Made by a program: the position numbers and the translations under genes. The notes below the pieces were generated by a model. It had not been told where the DNA came from, did no database searches, and saw only the letters and a list, made by a program, of their open reading frames with translations. From assembly GCA_904063045.1 (NCBI GenBank), contig CAJFCJ010000013.1:124001-188000 (forward strand): 64,000 bases of DNA. The letters are read 5' to 3'. Below, piece after piece: positions 14,003-25,800 of this stretch; positions within the stretch are counted from its first letter, which is position 1, and every line of letters starts with the position of its first letter. Source of the DNA: Dimorphilus gyrociliatus (Eukaryota; Animalia; Annelida).

Positions 14003-15390
14003 ATTATTTAATGACCTTGAGAAAAAAGTTTCTGGAAAATTCTTTAATAAACCTATACTAAAAAAAACTCTTCCCGCCAATTTATTTGACCTTTAATTTT
14101 CATTGGATAGCCTCGTTTGGAGATAGCGTCCTTTTTACAATAGCTGATTGGTTGAAATTTAGCATATATATAAAATTTCTTCCAATAAACGTCCTTTTGA
14201 ATTGGGAAACTTGGCCGGTCCACCGATTTCGATGAAAATTGTAAATTGTTGTTGACTTGGTCAAGATTGGACAACTTTCTGCAAGATGAACTATTGTAGG
14301 TGCTGAGTGAGTTCTGATATGAAATATGTAAGTAGTAATTAGTTTTTTATTTATCCATTAAATAAATAATTTAAAAATTATATCCTTTTTAGTCATTCAA
14401 AATGGCAGACCATCTACCCACGTGGATCTGTTTGGTTCATCTTTATCAATAAGTCATCAAGCCAAAGTTTCGTCCGTCCCAAAACAGTCAATTATACTTT
14501 ACATTTCTTGGTTAACTGATGAGAGTAACAGCTTTTCTCTGAAGTCGGTTCACTGAAGTGAATTGTACTAATTGACAAAATATCGTCTTGAGGGAAGCTT
14601 CGCTAAGATGCGGTTCTCCAGCAGATATTGTAAGTAACCTAATAATTTTAAAGTATTGTTTTCTGATATTTTGATATTTTCAGTTGTCCGCCATCTTATT
14701 GGCGAAACAATTTTAGTCATCAGCATCACGTGCTGAGTCGATTGGAATTTATTCTATCGATCTCTCCAGATACTCGTACGATCCCACTATTAATGGTTTC
14801 AACAATACAGATGACCATTTGTCGCGACTTTTGATTCGACATTAAATTGTTCCTGCGCATGTCTTGTTAAATATTAACCTTACTGTTTTTTGTTACTATG
14901 TAACGTCTAACACCTTACGGCTTCATTCCTGAGATGTCTGATTAAAAAAAAGCATCTGGTTAAATGTTTTTCAATTGACGTGTATAGATACTTTATTATC
15001 ATTTTGAATATGATAGCTACGCAATTTTTTTTTGAAAGTTTGTTACTCTGACAAAAGTTAATCTTGAAATAAAAAGTTAAATGACTGATGATTGAATACT
15101 GATATTTATTATTGATTAGTAAAAAACAATTACAAAGTTTTAGGTCTTCACTCAACTAATACATTCATAGTCTTGTTACCATGGTTACAGAAACTAATTT
15201 TTTAATGCCTCTTTCCACCGCATTCCGAAATAATTGTTACTTATTCTTCGTTATTAGTTTTACTTTGCATATGCTGAAAATACTCTTCTAATAAGGAGTT
15301 TCTTTGAAAATTTAAATATTGTTCTTTTATATATCTATATAACTTAGTATAAATATAATTAATTATATTAGGGTGTTTTGCAAGAAATTA

Positions 15391-15595
15391 AAAATGGCGA
15401 ACGTCGCGTCAAAAAGGGTTTTTTCAAATTTTGCTTTAACGTCTCTTTTTTTGTGTACAAGCGTTTTTTTTAATTTGTTAAAAAATAATTAATGAGATAA
15501 TTTTATTTTATCAGTTCTTTTCGAATGTGTATTTAATAATTTTGCGTTAAGAATTTTTTTTTGGAGTGTACGAGACTTTCATGCTAGGTCACGTG
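15391..15595 (+). promoter_or_regulatory. Promoter-like region of the 15675 ORF (YY1-type AAAATGGCG at 15391; E-box GTCACGTG at 15588)
   Basis: Motifs seen 80-290 nt upstream of the ATG at 15675. Confidence 0.4.
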
Positions 15596-15674
15596 GCTTT
15601 ATAATCACATGGTATTTATGTAATACATACATAATTAACTGATATTCGAAAATATTATATACGTCAATAGAAAG

Positions 15675-16166
15675 ATGTCAGAGTCGACGAATAGAGAAAG
15701 TTACTTGGACAACAGTCCTAAAAAAAGCTCGGACCGCTTTAGAAGAAGTTTTCTCAGCGGGGAGTTAGAGCCAACTAAAGAACGTATTCAATTTCTAAAG
15801 ACTGTACAGACGTTGAAGACTATAAGTGTAGCTCGTAAGAAGGCTGGTAAAACTTTAAGTAATCTAGCACCTGATAATTTAATTCCAGAGGACTATGTCA
15901 AACCGGATCAATTGGGAAGGCAGCCTATCAAACCAATGAGTGATAAACCATATCCGACCGAAGAAGAAGCTTTGGCAGCCGCTACGGACGAGAATGGCTA
16001 TTTAGATAAAGATAGAGTGGTGAATCATTGTTTACTAGTTCTTTCCGGAGTGATTACAGAATTGGCCACTTTACTTCCAAAAGTTTATCAGCTACGTAGA
16101 GAAGTGGGTGTAAAAAAAATTAAAGAATTGGACAAACTAATTGAAGGCCTCAAAATGAATCCCTAA
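15675..16166 (+). CDS. Unassigned intronless 163-aa protein
   Basis: ATG-to-TAA ORF with upstream promoter-like motifs; shares a G[ED]L..P..ERIxFLK motif with orphan B. Confidence 0.7.
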   Translation: MSESTNRESYLDNSPKKSSDRFRRSFLSGELEPTKERIQFLKTVQTLKTISVARKKAGKTLSNLAPDNLIPEDYVKPDQLGRQPIKPMSDKPYPTEEEALAAATDENGYLDKDRVVNHCLLVLSGVITELATLLPKVYQLRREVGVKKIKELDKLIEGLKMNP

Positions 16167-16859
16167 AGAAGAAGTTCAAAATTGATTAATGTGCTAAAAA
16201 ATTATTCACTTATTAGTGTAAGTCAACCCTCTTTAATAATCTTTATTAATAATTTATTTCTTATTATTCTGAACTTTTCTTCACTACAGTATCAACAACA
16301 ATATCCAACCGTTAATTTTTCTTCATCAGTAAAATTATTATATATATCTTTTTGAACGTTTGTTAAAAGTTGACCTTTATCATTGATCTCGTAATCTTTT
16401 TGGAAAACGAAAAAAAATTGTTCGTCTTAAGATGTACAAACTTTTTATTGAGTAGTAATTATTAATCTATACAGTAATATAATGTAAGTTTTGTTTACTA
16501 TATATATATATGTTCATAGGTCTAGTAGGTGCGTCTCTTCTATTTTTTATGCACAATAAACACGAAAAATGATTGAAAGGATGAAAAGGAAAAGTTTTAT
16601 AGACATAAAAGTAGTTCATTAGCCAATATTAAGAGATATAATATAAATATAATCACAAAATTTACAGCGAATAGTATGGAGGAATTATTCGGCAAGTTGC
16701 AAACGTTGGAATTTCCTTGGTCTGAATTATATATAAAGTGTTGTTACGGAAAAAAGGGAGAAAATGAAGGAGTAGTAGTATGACACTAACCTGCTCTTTC
16801 TCCTTCGTAGCTTTCCTTGGTTATCTGTTACAAAGATTGACTTTAGCTAAATTAGTAAT

Positions 16860-17423
16860 TTATTCTGTCTTTTGAAATTTAAGAAATTTACTTTTTCTTT
16901 CATCTCGATTGCCTACTAAAGGTAATGTTCCGAGTCTGTCAATTTCAGAGATAATCAGTCCTCTTATCGACATAGAAGGGCCCATGTACGTTTCAAAATG
17001 GGGAACGAAAACTGAAGGAATTGGTATTTCTTTAAAATAATGCGCAAAACAATTATCTAAATGCAAACTGTTAGCTCTTGGAACCGGTAGTACAAATTGA
17101 TGATTTTGGGAAGATTTATCTTCGCCTTCCCTCTCCAGAGAGTTTGATTTGTCAAAATTAACCTTTTGTTTTTCAAAATCGCTATCTAATTTGTTGTTAA
17201 TCTCTCCCTTAATTGGATTTCCGTCATCGCTTCGTCCGTTATCATTTTCTGCTTTCTTTTTAAAACACGGCTGTATATTTACTACATCAGCTTCCTTTGG
17301 CATTGATATTGTATCCTTTCTGACGAGTACTGTTCCCCACTTCAGCGACATTGCATAATAGTGAGCTGGACACCAATCATCCCTATTCTTTTTATAACCA
17401 CTGTTCTTGAAAATTTCAGGCAT
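16860..17423 (-). CDS. Unassigned protein (orphan D, core exon); probably spliced to exons near 17516-17600 upstream and possibly 16685-16847 downstream
   Basis: 187-codon ORF. An in-phase acceptor (AAATAG|GA CTA CCA ATC ATG) and an upstream phase-1 exon (AEHLLTNWSKLSLSSLNVEHRRPKNCA) are visible. No family recognised. Confidence 0.55.
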   Translation of the reverse strand: MPEIFKNSGYKKNRDDWCPAHYYAMSLKWGTVLVRKDTISMPKEADVVNIQPCFKKKAENDNGRSDDGNPIKGEINNKLDSDFEKQKVNFDKSNSLEREGEDKSSQNHQFVLPVPRANSLHLDNCFAHYFKEIPIPSVFVPHFETYMGPSMSIRGLIISEIDRLGTLPLVGNRDERKSKFLKFQKTE

Positions 17424-18803
17424 GATTGGTAGTCCTATTTTTTGGAAAAGTTATAAAAAATTTAAAAATTTTTGTCTCGGTCGTCTTTCTTAGAATAAAG
17501 TAAAAAAGAATTAACTTGCACAATTCTTTGGACGTCTATGCTCCACATTCAGAGAAGATAGTGATAGTTTAGACCAGTTGGTAAGCAAATGCTCAGCCGA
17601 CTTTTATTGTAAAAGCTGGTAGTTTTTTTATACGCTTAAAAAAAGCATGTCTCAAGCAGTTTTTTAATATAGATTTCACAGTAAAAGTTGTCTTTTCTAT
17701 ATTATTATACAAATGCTACCTAATCCTAACAGTGCTAAGGCTGTTTTTTTTAATTGTTTTTTATTTGTTCTTTTTTTTTCATCTTGTGATAGATCTCTGC
17801 ATCAGACACCCAAGTCAGACACATAAAAAAAACTAATAATTAAAAAATATAAGAAACATCTAGTGGGTTTTAAAAGTTATATAATAATATTTGACTAACT
17901 TGAATAGTTTTTCTTTTCAAAGAGGTGTTGGAACTGGAAAAAAGAAATTCAAAAGTATACAGTTTCATTTCCGGAGAAGAATCTGTAAGATAAGTAAATA
18001 TATACTGATATATAATTGCAATCTTCTCGCAGTTAGGCTGAAAGCTCTTTCGTATAATATTTATGCAGTGCATAGCCAATAAGGCATAATTAAAAAGCTT
18101 ATCTAGCAACCTATTTAACCTCCAGCATGTCAGCTCAGGATGAGATTACTTGCGAATTAATTAAGAGGACTTTTCCTTGATTTCTTTTTAAATATAACAA
18201 TCTGATTTGTACAAAATACAATTAGATTGCAGCTAAACAAACAAAAAGGAAGGTTATTTATATAAATAAGCTAAACAAACAAAATTATAATTACTGAAGA
18301 CAAAAAAAAGACATTTTTTTTAGATGTTTATGATAATGAGAATTGTATTCTTTACTTTTTGTTTCCTTGTTCATTTAGATAAGTTCGAGGAAAAAAAATA
18401 CTAAAAATGCACGAGATGAATAATGTTGCACAAATGGGAATTAATAAGTTCTTGTATGAAAGGAGTAGCACGCTGATTAGTAGGAGCTAGTAATATACAA
18501 ATGAAAATAACGAATATAAAGCAGTGTTTGTTTTTTCTTTTTTTTTAGCATTATCCGTTTGTCTTGTGACATGAATATACATTTTCTATAAATAAGCCTG
18601 AAAAGCTGAGTTTTCTGTAACAAATACTGTTTTTCAATTAACATATAAAAAAATAGTTTTTTTCGTGATAAGTCTGGAAAACGTATTACATAGTTATATA
18701 CAGTTGATAAGACATTTAATGTTGAAATCTTTATTATCATTACAAAAGCATGAGCTTTTCGAGAGACGGTTGAAGAAAAGAGGAAAAAAGCGAAAGTAAT
18801 AAT

Positions 18804-20514
18804 TTATTCGTTATCTTCGTCATCTTTATCATTTTCCTTCTTTTCCTTTTTCTTGTCCTCTTCGATCTCTGGATCCTAGAAAAGTTAAACAAAAATGTAT
18901 CTCTTATAAAACAATTTTATGACTTCAATATTTAATTACAGTTTGAGATTCAGTTACTTTCATATTCGATTTGATCTCATCAAAGCAGCTGTCGCAAGCT
19001 TCTTCATATACTCTTGACAATTCATCTAGAACATTGTTTATAATTTCGTCGGTTTGAACTCCCCAGGAAGCATGGGAATCTTCTTCTGACCTAAACCAAA
19101 CATTAGGAAATTATTAGTGTTAATTCTAAATTATTCTCTGCTGGCCTTCTGTGAAAAAAATTAAAAGGATTGATTTTACTTAATTCAATCGGTTTAAGAG
19201 TTAAGAAGCTAAGGAAAAATTAGATATTATTGCAAAAAAAGAAAAAAACATCTACATATTTTATACATTAGTTAAGACTGATTTTGAAAGTACGAACCCT
19301 TTTAGATTTTTGTTAGGAAACCATATGTCAAAGTATTTCCAAATTTGATTGTTAAATGGTTCCAGATCAATGGATTTTTGGTGGGAAGTGTTTGATTCTT
19401 TGTGAGATCTTCTTGAAGTGTAAGGATGGAATATTTTCCTAGATCTGTGATGTAGACTCTTCAGCGACGGCCATACCGGGTCATCGTTATAATTATCTTT
19501 AGTCAATAGAAGATCTAAGGTCCCAAGATCGCGGCAGTCGTTCTGGGTGAACACTTTTCGGCTCTGCTCTATTAGGCTCGCTTTCAGAGGGACATTTTCT
19601 GTATTTTTGTCACCACTTTTGTAGTCAATTTGTGGAACGTATTTGTCATCGAATGGATTAGTTGGGTGATGCGTTGGTCCGTGGGAACCTAAAAGGACGT
19701 ATCCTAGGGTCCATTCTGAACTCACGTTACTGCCACTATGATTATTTTCGTTCCACTGCTCACCATTTGCTGTTACAGATGTTGATGAGCATTCTTCAGA
19801 TTCTTCACTGTCTTTTTCAAGTTTATCAGCTTTATCTTGCTCATAAGTAGATAAAAGATCGGAAGATGAAATTCCATTATATTGTGTTGCTCCCTTGTCT
19901 TCACTTTCTGAATCGCATGAATATAACTCCTCAGCCTCATTTTCAATATCATCCATCGTGGATTCGTAGTCACCTTCTGTCTGTTTTTTCTTCCCTTCTT
20001 CATCCTTCTCCTGCTCTCTCTGTTCTTGATGTTTGTTCTCTGAAGAATAAGTCTGAGCTCTTTCCTCGCATCTTTTAACCAATGAACTCTTTAATTCAAA
20101 GAACTGATCTCTTTTAGTTCTTAAAATCTTACGCATTTCCTTCAGCTTTTCCAACATTGACTCGAAATCTTTCATTAGATCTGACAGTATTATAATAAAA
20201 AATTAACAAAATAAAAAAGAAGTTAATTAAAGTGTATATTACTGTCAAAATTATCGATATCGAAAGGAGTTTCAGAAGGGTCGTCAACCGAATCACTAGT
20301 GATTTCCGACAAATCGGGGTCTTCGTTAAATTCATCGCTAAAAATTATCAGTCATCAATATGAAATACATATTTTTGTATGATAAATTGACTTACAGCTT
20401 GCTCTGTAGACTAGCTATTGACTGATCTAACTGCTGCATCTCACTTTCTGCTTTCCTGATCAACTTATCAAAACTCTCTATGAGATACGTACAAGTTTCA
20501 CATTGGGAATCCAT
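18804..20514 (-). CDS. Unassigned acidic coiled-coil protein (orphan C, ~435-440 aa). Exons 20514-20396, 20337-20243, 20180-19298, 19090-18940 (or 18958), 18875-18804
   Basis: Phase-compatible GT-AG chain of 1320 nt. Heptad-like N-terminal segments (FDKLIRKAESEMQQLDQSIASLQ; LMKDFESMLEKLKEMRKILR) and CxxC pairs near both ends (CETC, CDSC). The exon-3 donor (GTTCGT) is less certain. Confidence 0.65.
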
Positions 20515-22168
20515 CTTTTTTTCTCAAACAGCTATTGACGATATGCTTTGTCCTGTAAAAAAAACAGAAATAGTATTATAATTTATAAATTGCCGCCGAA
20601 ATAGTTATTATTCACAGTATTTTCGAGATAGTACTGGCTTGTATAGGAAGTAGAGAGAAAATATTTTTTTTATAAAATGCTCTCTCTGATGTTGGAGGCG
20701 AAATAATAATTATAAATTACTAATCTTATTACTCCTGCAAGCTCAGCGTTTAGAACTGGTAAAAAATATCTATTTATTAATTAATATTCATTAGTTGATA
20801 CTTACCCTGACTGTGAATAATTACAATATTCTTTAAGAAATAGTTCTATTAATTACGTTTTATTACGTTTTTCTTTTTACCTCGCAACATATATAAGCTT
20901 TTGTTAGTGTTCTTGTTAAAATGCTAATTAAGAATGATAAGAATCAAACTATTCTTTATTTCGTAATGTTAATCTTTAATTGAAAGTAACAGAACATTTT
21001 GTAGCTCGGCTATAAGATAAAAAATATTCTTTTTTCAACCATAAAAAACATAAAATAAAAACTAAAAGATTAAAAAAGAGACATTCGCCTAATAATTTAC
21101 AGTAAGAGTGTTAAATTTACAGATGTTAGTCACATGCTTGGAGCAACGTTTTCATTTACCTTTTCTTGATGAAACAACTCGTTGAAGGCCTGATATTATC
21201 CTGGGAGGGGGGAACGGCGGGTGGTGATGGTCAGAAGTATTACAAGGCGTTTGACCTTTCCGAAACCTAAATGTTGTTAGATATATTTCAAGTTTGTCAA
21301 TAGTAACAATAGTATGAATATACCGTATAAATATAGAAACCAGGATCCGACTCTTTCCGACCGGTAAAACAATTCCACTTAGCTCTTTTAGACCTATGGT
21401 CTCGCTAAGAATTAGAAAATGCGCCAAAGTGTTTAATTTCAACACCTTAAATCAATTACATTATTGTATAAGGTTTGTTATAGCCGCTTGTCAGCTTTTT
21501 TGACAATTTAGCCTAGAAAAAACTTTATTGGCCTATAGTTTTGTGGCCTATTATTTACCGGTTGTGATTAAATACGGGCCTATTATTCATTAAATTATAA
21601 ATTATAAAATATGCAAAATATTTTTTATTTTACTTTTTAATACCAATGTTTTTTTATTAATATTGAATAGTAAATATTATAATTAATTTTTTGCCTATTT
21701 TTACCTGTTTCCGCCCTTTTTGTCCATGCCTTTATTGGTGCTATAATTAAACTCGTTCAAGAGGAAAAAGTTAGTTTTTTAAATTATTTTTTTCAGTAAT
21801 ATTCTCAAAAACGCATTTAAGTTATGAATTTAACATATATTTAATATTTCGCGTAAAAATATTTTAAATAATTAGCGAGAAATAATGAAATTATAAGTCA
21901 TAAGTAATTACGTGCCTTGAAAAAGTCAAAATGGACGACTTTTTTTTTAGTTGATTATTCACATTCTAATTATTAGTACTGCAATAAGTTTAAATATCTC
22001 AAGAAATAAGCTACTAGCTTTTGTTAAAAGAAACATATAATGAATTTGCATTTGGGAACTTTTTTGGTTTTTATGACCAAAAATAAAACTTATATTTTAG
22101 TTTATTTTTGTGTTTAGATATCAATATCTCTTTCGCTTTGCTATTGACAAGTATCCTATCACTTCGAA

Positions 22169-24320
22169 ATGCCACGGGCTTGTGCAATTCGCCATTGTCG
22201 AAGCAATTGGAAAAAAGAATTGACTTCTTCATTTCCTGTGCCTGGCTTCTTCACTCCTTTGGAATTTAGTAGGCGTGCTGCCTGGATTAAAGTTTTACAA
22301 GAAGGCAGTTTTGTGAAAAGCCCTACTTTGGGAGATCATATATGCTCTTTACATTTTCAAAGTGGTCAGTTTCAAACAATTAATCTTTTAAAATATTTTC
22401 GAAATATTTATTGTAGGTAAACCTGCTTCGCCGCACGACGTTGATGATACTGATTGGGCCCCTAGTATATTTGTGCCTCCACTGACTGTTAAGATCATGT
22501 CCAAATTTTTCGATAGAGAATTAATTCTAGCTAATACGAAAGCTATTATGTTAAGAGAAACACCTTCTGGAATATTATTTATTCGTCAAAATTTCAGAAG
22601 TTATGAATCCGCCGTATCATCCACATTTGGATTTCCCAATGTCGGGAAAATGCGCTTCTTCCTTCGGCGATTAATAAGAGATATTTCTCCAGTTCAATTT
22701 TTTAATCAGACAGCTTACGAACAAGTGTTATTGTCTTTAACTTATGTTTGTCATTTCATTACGAAAGGTCATATTGATGGTTTAAGCGCAAGCCCATTGC
22801 CACATCTCTCTCAATTTTGGTTGTGTTTGATAAGAAGAAATTTAGAAGTAGTATTGCAAATTTTAAGCACGAAAAAATCTTCTAAGATAATAGAGAGAAT
22901 TCACGACATATGCAAAACAGACGTCGTGGTCTTGGTAAAGGAATTTAAGTTGCTCGTATCAGGTAAAGCAGTCAAAATGCTTATTGGAGTAACATTATCA
23001 GATCAGATATGTTATATCTCGCCGTTATATTCGATAAAACAGTCAATGGAAGATGCAATGAATAAATACGGACTTTCATTGCTTATTGATTACAATGGAG
23101 TTGTAATTGGTAAAGCAGAAGGATCGAAAAAGTTGGTTTATAAAAAGTTTGATTTACCCGGTGGAATGTTTTGGGGCATACCTGTGAAATTTGAGAATTT
23201 TAAGAGTCTGAATGAATATATTGAAAAGATTTTTAGCTCAATACTTGAAAGAATGAATAATATTCAAAAGAGTATGAATGTTCATAATGGTGGAACAATT
23301 AAGACATTTAACTTTGCTGGCATCAGCCTTTACACTTACTTTTTGATTACTGAAGTCAACAGGATCCTCACTCAAGGTATACACGACTACTTTAAATATT
23401 TTTATTAATCTTTAAACCAATTTCACATATAACATGTTAGAAGTATTTTTCCTCCAATAGATGACAGCGAAACATTTTACAACTTAATGGAGAATTTTAA
23501 TAACAAAAGCCGTAAGAGACTAACTGATGTAGAGAACAAAATAGCTGAGCACGATCATTTAATTGAGGTTGAAAACGCTAATAGTATGCATTTTTCATCT
23601 GAAGCAGTAGTTTCTGATCAAGGAAGGGTTGTTGATACTCTTATGAATACTGATGTTACAAACAATGATATTTCTACAGAAGAAAACTTAAATACTATTA
23701 CCGTGAAACTACTGTATCCGCCACCAACTGATAGCAAACAAGACAATTTAGTCGACAGTAATTCGGTACCCAAAATATATTGCGGTAACACAGAGTTTAT
23801 GATATCTGAAGGACAAAGAAACCATACTAGGAGCGAAAACTCTGATCCTAATTCAGTGAAAATAATTTATTCAGACCCACCTATTAATACGTGCGATAGC
23901 TTACTGGTTAGTGATTCAGTCCCATCAAAAGATTCTTTCAGTACGAAGCGTAGTCTAACCAAAAGCCTGGGAAAGGTTTCAAAAGAAAAACATATTGATA
24001 ATCTTAATTTGAGAATAATTTTTTTAAACTCATCTGTTAGCCCAAGCAATAATTTAGAGAGCAGTCCTTTAGTGACAACCCTCCGAAACTCAGCTGGTGT
24101 TGAATCTTATTCTCAAAAAGATACAAATATGACACATACAGCTAATGGGGCAGAAGAAAATAGTTTAGGTTCGGGTTCGAATGGTACTGAATCTCACTCT
24201 CAAGATTCTATAAATATTGTAACAACTGGCGTAACAGAAGAAAATAATTCGGATTCCGGTTCAAATTCAGGTTCTAACTCAGGTTCTAAGTCAGAAGGTG
24301 CTGAATCTTCTTGTGAATAG
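22169..24320 (+). CDS. THAP-domain protein with a degenerate ISL2EU/Harbinger-type (HTH + DDE_Tnp_4-like) transposase region and a low-complexity tail (671 aa). Exons 22169-22364, 22417-23376, 23461-24320
   Basis: THAP C2CH: CAIRHC...RRAAWI...HICSLHFQSG|KP...DWAPSIF across a 52-nt intron. Then TFGFPN, EQVLLSL, VVVLVKEF, VKMLIGVT..QICYISPLYS, GLSLLIDYNGVVIGKAEG and GIPVKF are collinear with the recalled transposase motifs TGFPN, DQFFLTL, VIIDCTEI, KxLVGITPxGAISFVSxLYG, GxLxLLExGDxVMADRGF and NIPPF. Confidence 0.75.
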
Positions 24321-24760
24321 GAAACAAGTATGGCAGCTAAAGGTGGCGTGACAAAAGACAATAACTCAGGTTCTGCTTCGATTTTGGGCTCGGGTCCAGG
24401 CTCGAGTTCTGGCTCTGGGTCAGGCTCAGACTCGAACAGTACTAAATCTCATTATCAAGAATTTATAAATTTGACAGTAACAGCTAGTATATCAGAAGAA
24501 AATAACTCAGGTTCCGGTTGGATTCAGGCTCAGACTCTAACGGTGCTGAATCTTCTTGTGAAAAGAAAACAAGTATACCAGATAAAGCTGAAAAGAACTC
24601 ATCTTCGGGTAGTTCCCAACATTCTCAACTACAAATTTCCCAGTTAACGTAGTAGAAGAAAATCTCTCATGTTCTGACTTAGGTTCTTGTTCTCAAGAAA
24701 TTATAAATATGACAGACACAAATGATGTGACAGAAGGAAGTAACTCGGAATCGTATTTAA
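24105..24760 (+). repeat. Degenerate coding tandem repeat (about 6 units of ES-x-SQ..N..T....EENNSGSGS type)
   Basis: Recurrent nucleotide blocks such as GAAGAAAATAA(C/T)TC(A/G)G(G/A)TTCCGGTT and GGTGCTGAATCTTCTTGTGAA, each seen twice. Confidence 0.7.
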
Positions 24761-25453
24761 AACATGTTAAAATGATTTCTCTTTTGTCTGATGATAACAG
24801 CTCTGTTCTACCCAGTAATATTAATTTTCCTTTGGCTGGATCAAATTTTGAGAGTTATGAGTATCATTCTCAGCGACATGAAAGTATAGCAAAAGAAAAA
24901 GACTTAAAAAGAAAAGATCCCATCACTGATAATACTTGTTCGAATAATGAATCACGTGCTGCTTCAGATTCTGATGGTTCGAACATGTTTGCGAATATTG
25001 ACAATTTTGACGATTTCTTTAAAAGAAGTGCGACTTTGCTATCTATGAATGAAAACTCTGATTCTGAAGTAGATGGAGAAAATCTTGAATTTTATCCGCA
25101 ATAAATTGTAAGTGATGTAGGTAATCTTAGTGAAAAAGATAACTAGTCCCGTAAATGATAATAATTCCGCAGCGCACCTGATTGGCAGTTCCAGTAATTT
25201 TTCCATTACAAGTGATGCTGAAAGAGATTTAGATTGTTCTGGATCACGGAAAAAGCCTCCAGGCAGGTATGATTTTTTAAAAGACATCTTCCTGAAACAC
25301 CCATCTCAGGATTCCGAAAGCAGAGATAAAACTAATTATATCACTAAACGAAGAATTTATCTGATAAAGTTGAGAGCTATACGTAATAAAAGAAGTCACT
25401 CTTTAAAATTGTTTAACCCAGATGGCATACTTGAAAAGAAAATCGCGTGTTAA
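24321..25453 (+). pseudogene. Decayed former 3' extension of the THAP gene (Ser/Gly/Asn repeat units and Ser/Asp-rich coding-like sequence)
   Basis: ORF 24330 is in the same frame as the upstream ORF, past TAG 24318-20; the equivalent codon in the next repeat copy is AAG. The repeat reading frame then shifts near 24520, 24640 and 25130, with another in-frame TAA at 25102. Confidence 0.6.
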
Positions 25454-25574
25454 AGAATTTAGAGATGAGTCCTGGCTGTATTAAAGTATTTGTCTTTTTT
25501 TAAAAGACATTTTCTTGTAATTTGTTCGTCTGTTTTCTTCAGAAAATTGTTCAAGTTTGAAAAGAATTTACTTC

Positions 25575-25627
25575 ATCGCGTTTTTGGGCTTTACCGGTAT
25601 GAAAGAGCCAGAGCCCAAAAACGCGAT
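25575..25627. repeat. Perfect 16-bp inverted repeat with 21-nt loop
   Basis: ATCGCGTTTTTGGGCT (25575-25590) and AGCCCAAAAACGCGAT (25612-25627) are exact reverse complements. Confidence 0.9.
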
Positions 25628-25800
25628 TAGGATATAAAGATGGATAATGTATTGAAGAGCAGTTTACAAGATAATGAAAATTCAATATTCATACAGTGTA
25701 AAAAATGACTACTTTTTAGCTTGATGACAATGATTGTTTTCTTTTGTAAAGCTGAAGTCAAGAAAATTATTTTTAAAGATTTTGTTTGAATTATAGATTA

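Noticed and set aside
14232-14452. Spliced micro-ORF with TGA next to Cys (NCC*, CRC*), suggesting a selenoprotein
   Set aside because: No SECIS with correct geometry nearby (the ATGA..TGA candidate near 14518 is too short) and no selenoprotein family similarity.
15933-15950. PMSDKP hexapeptide also present in the 27721 ORF (28423-28440)
   Set aside because: Six residues in Pro/Ser-rich disordered context with no flanking similarity; likely chance.
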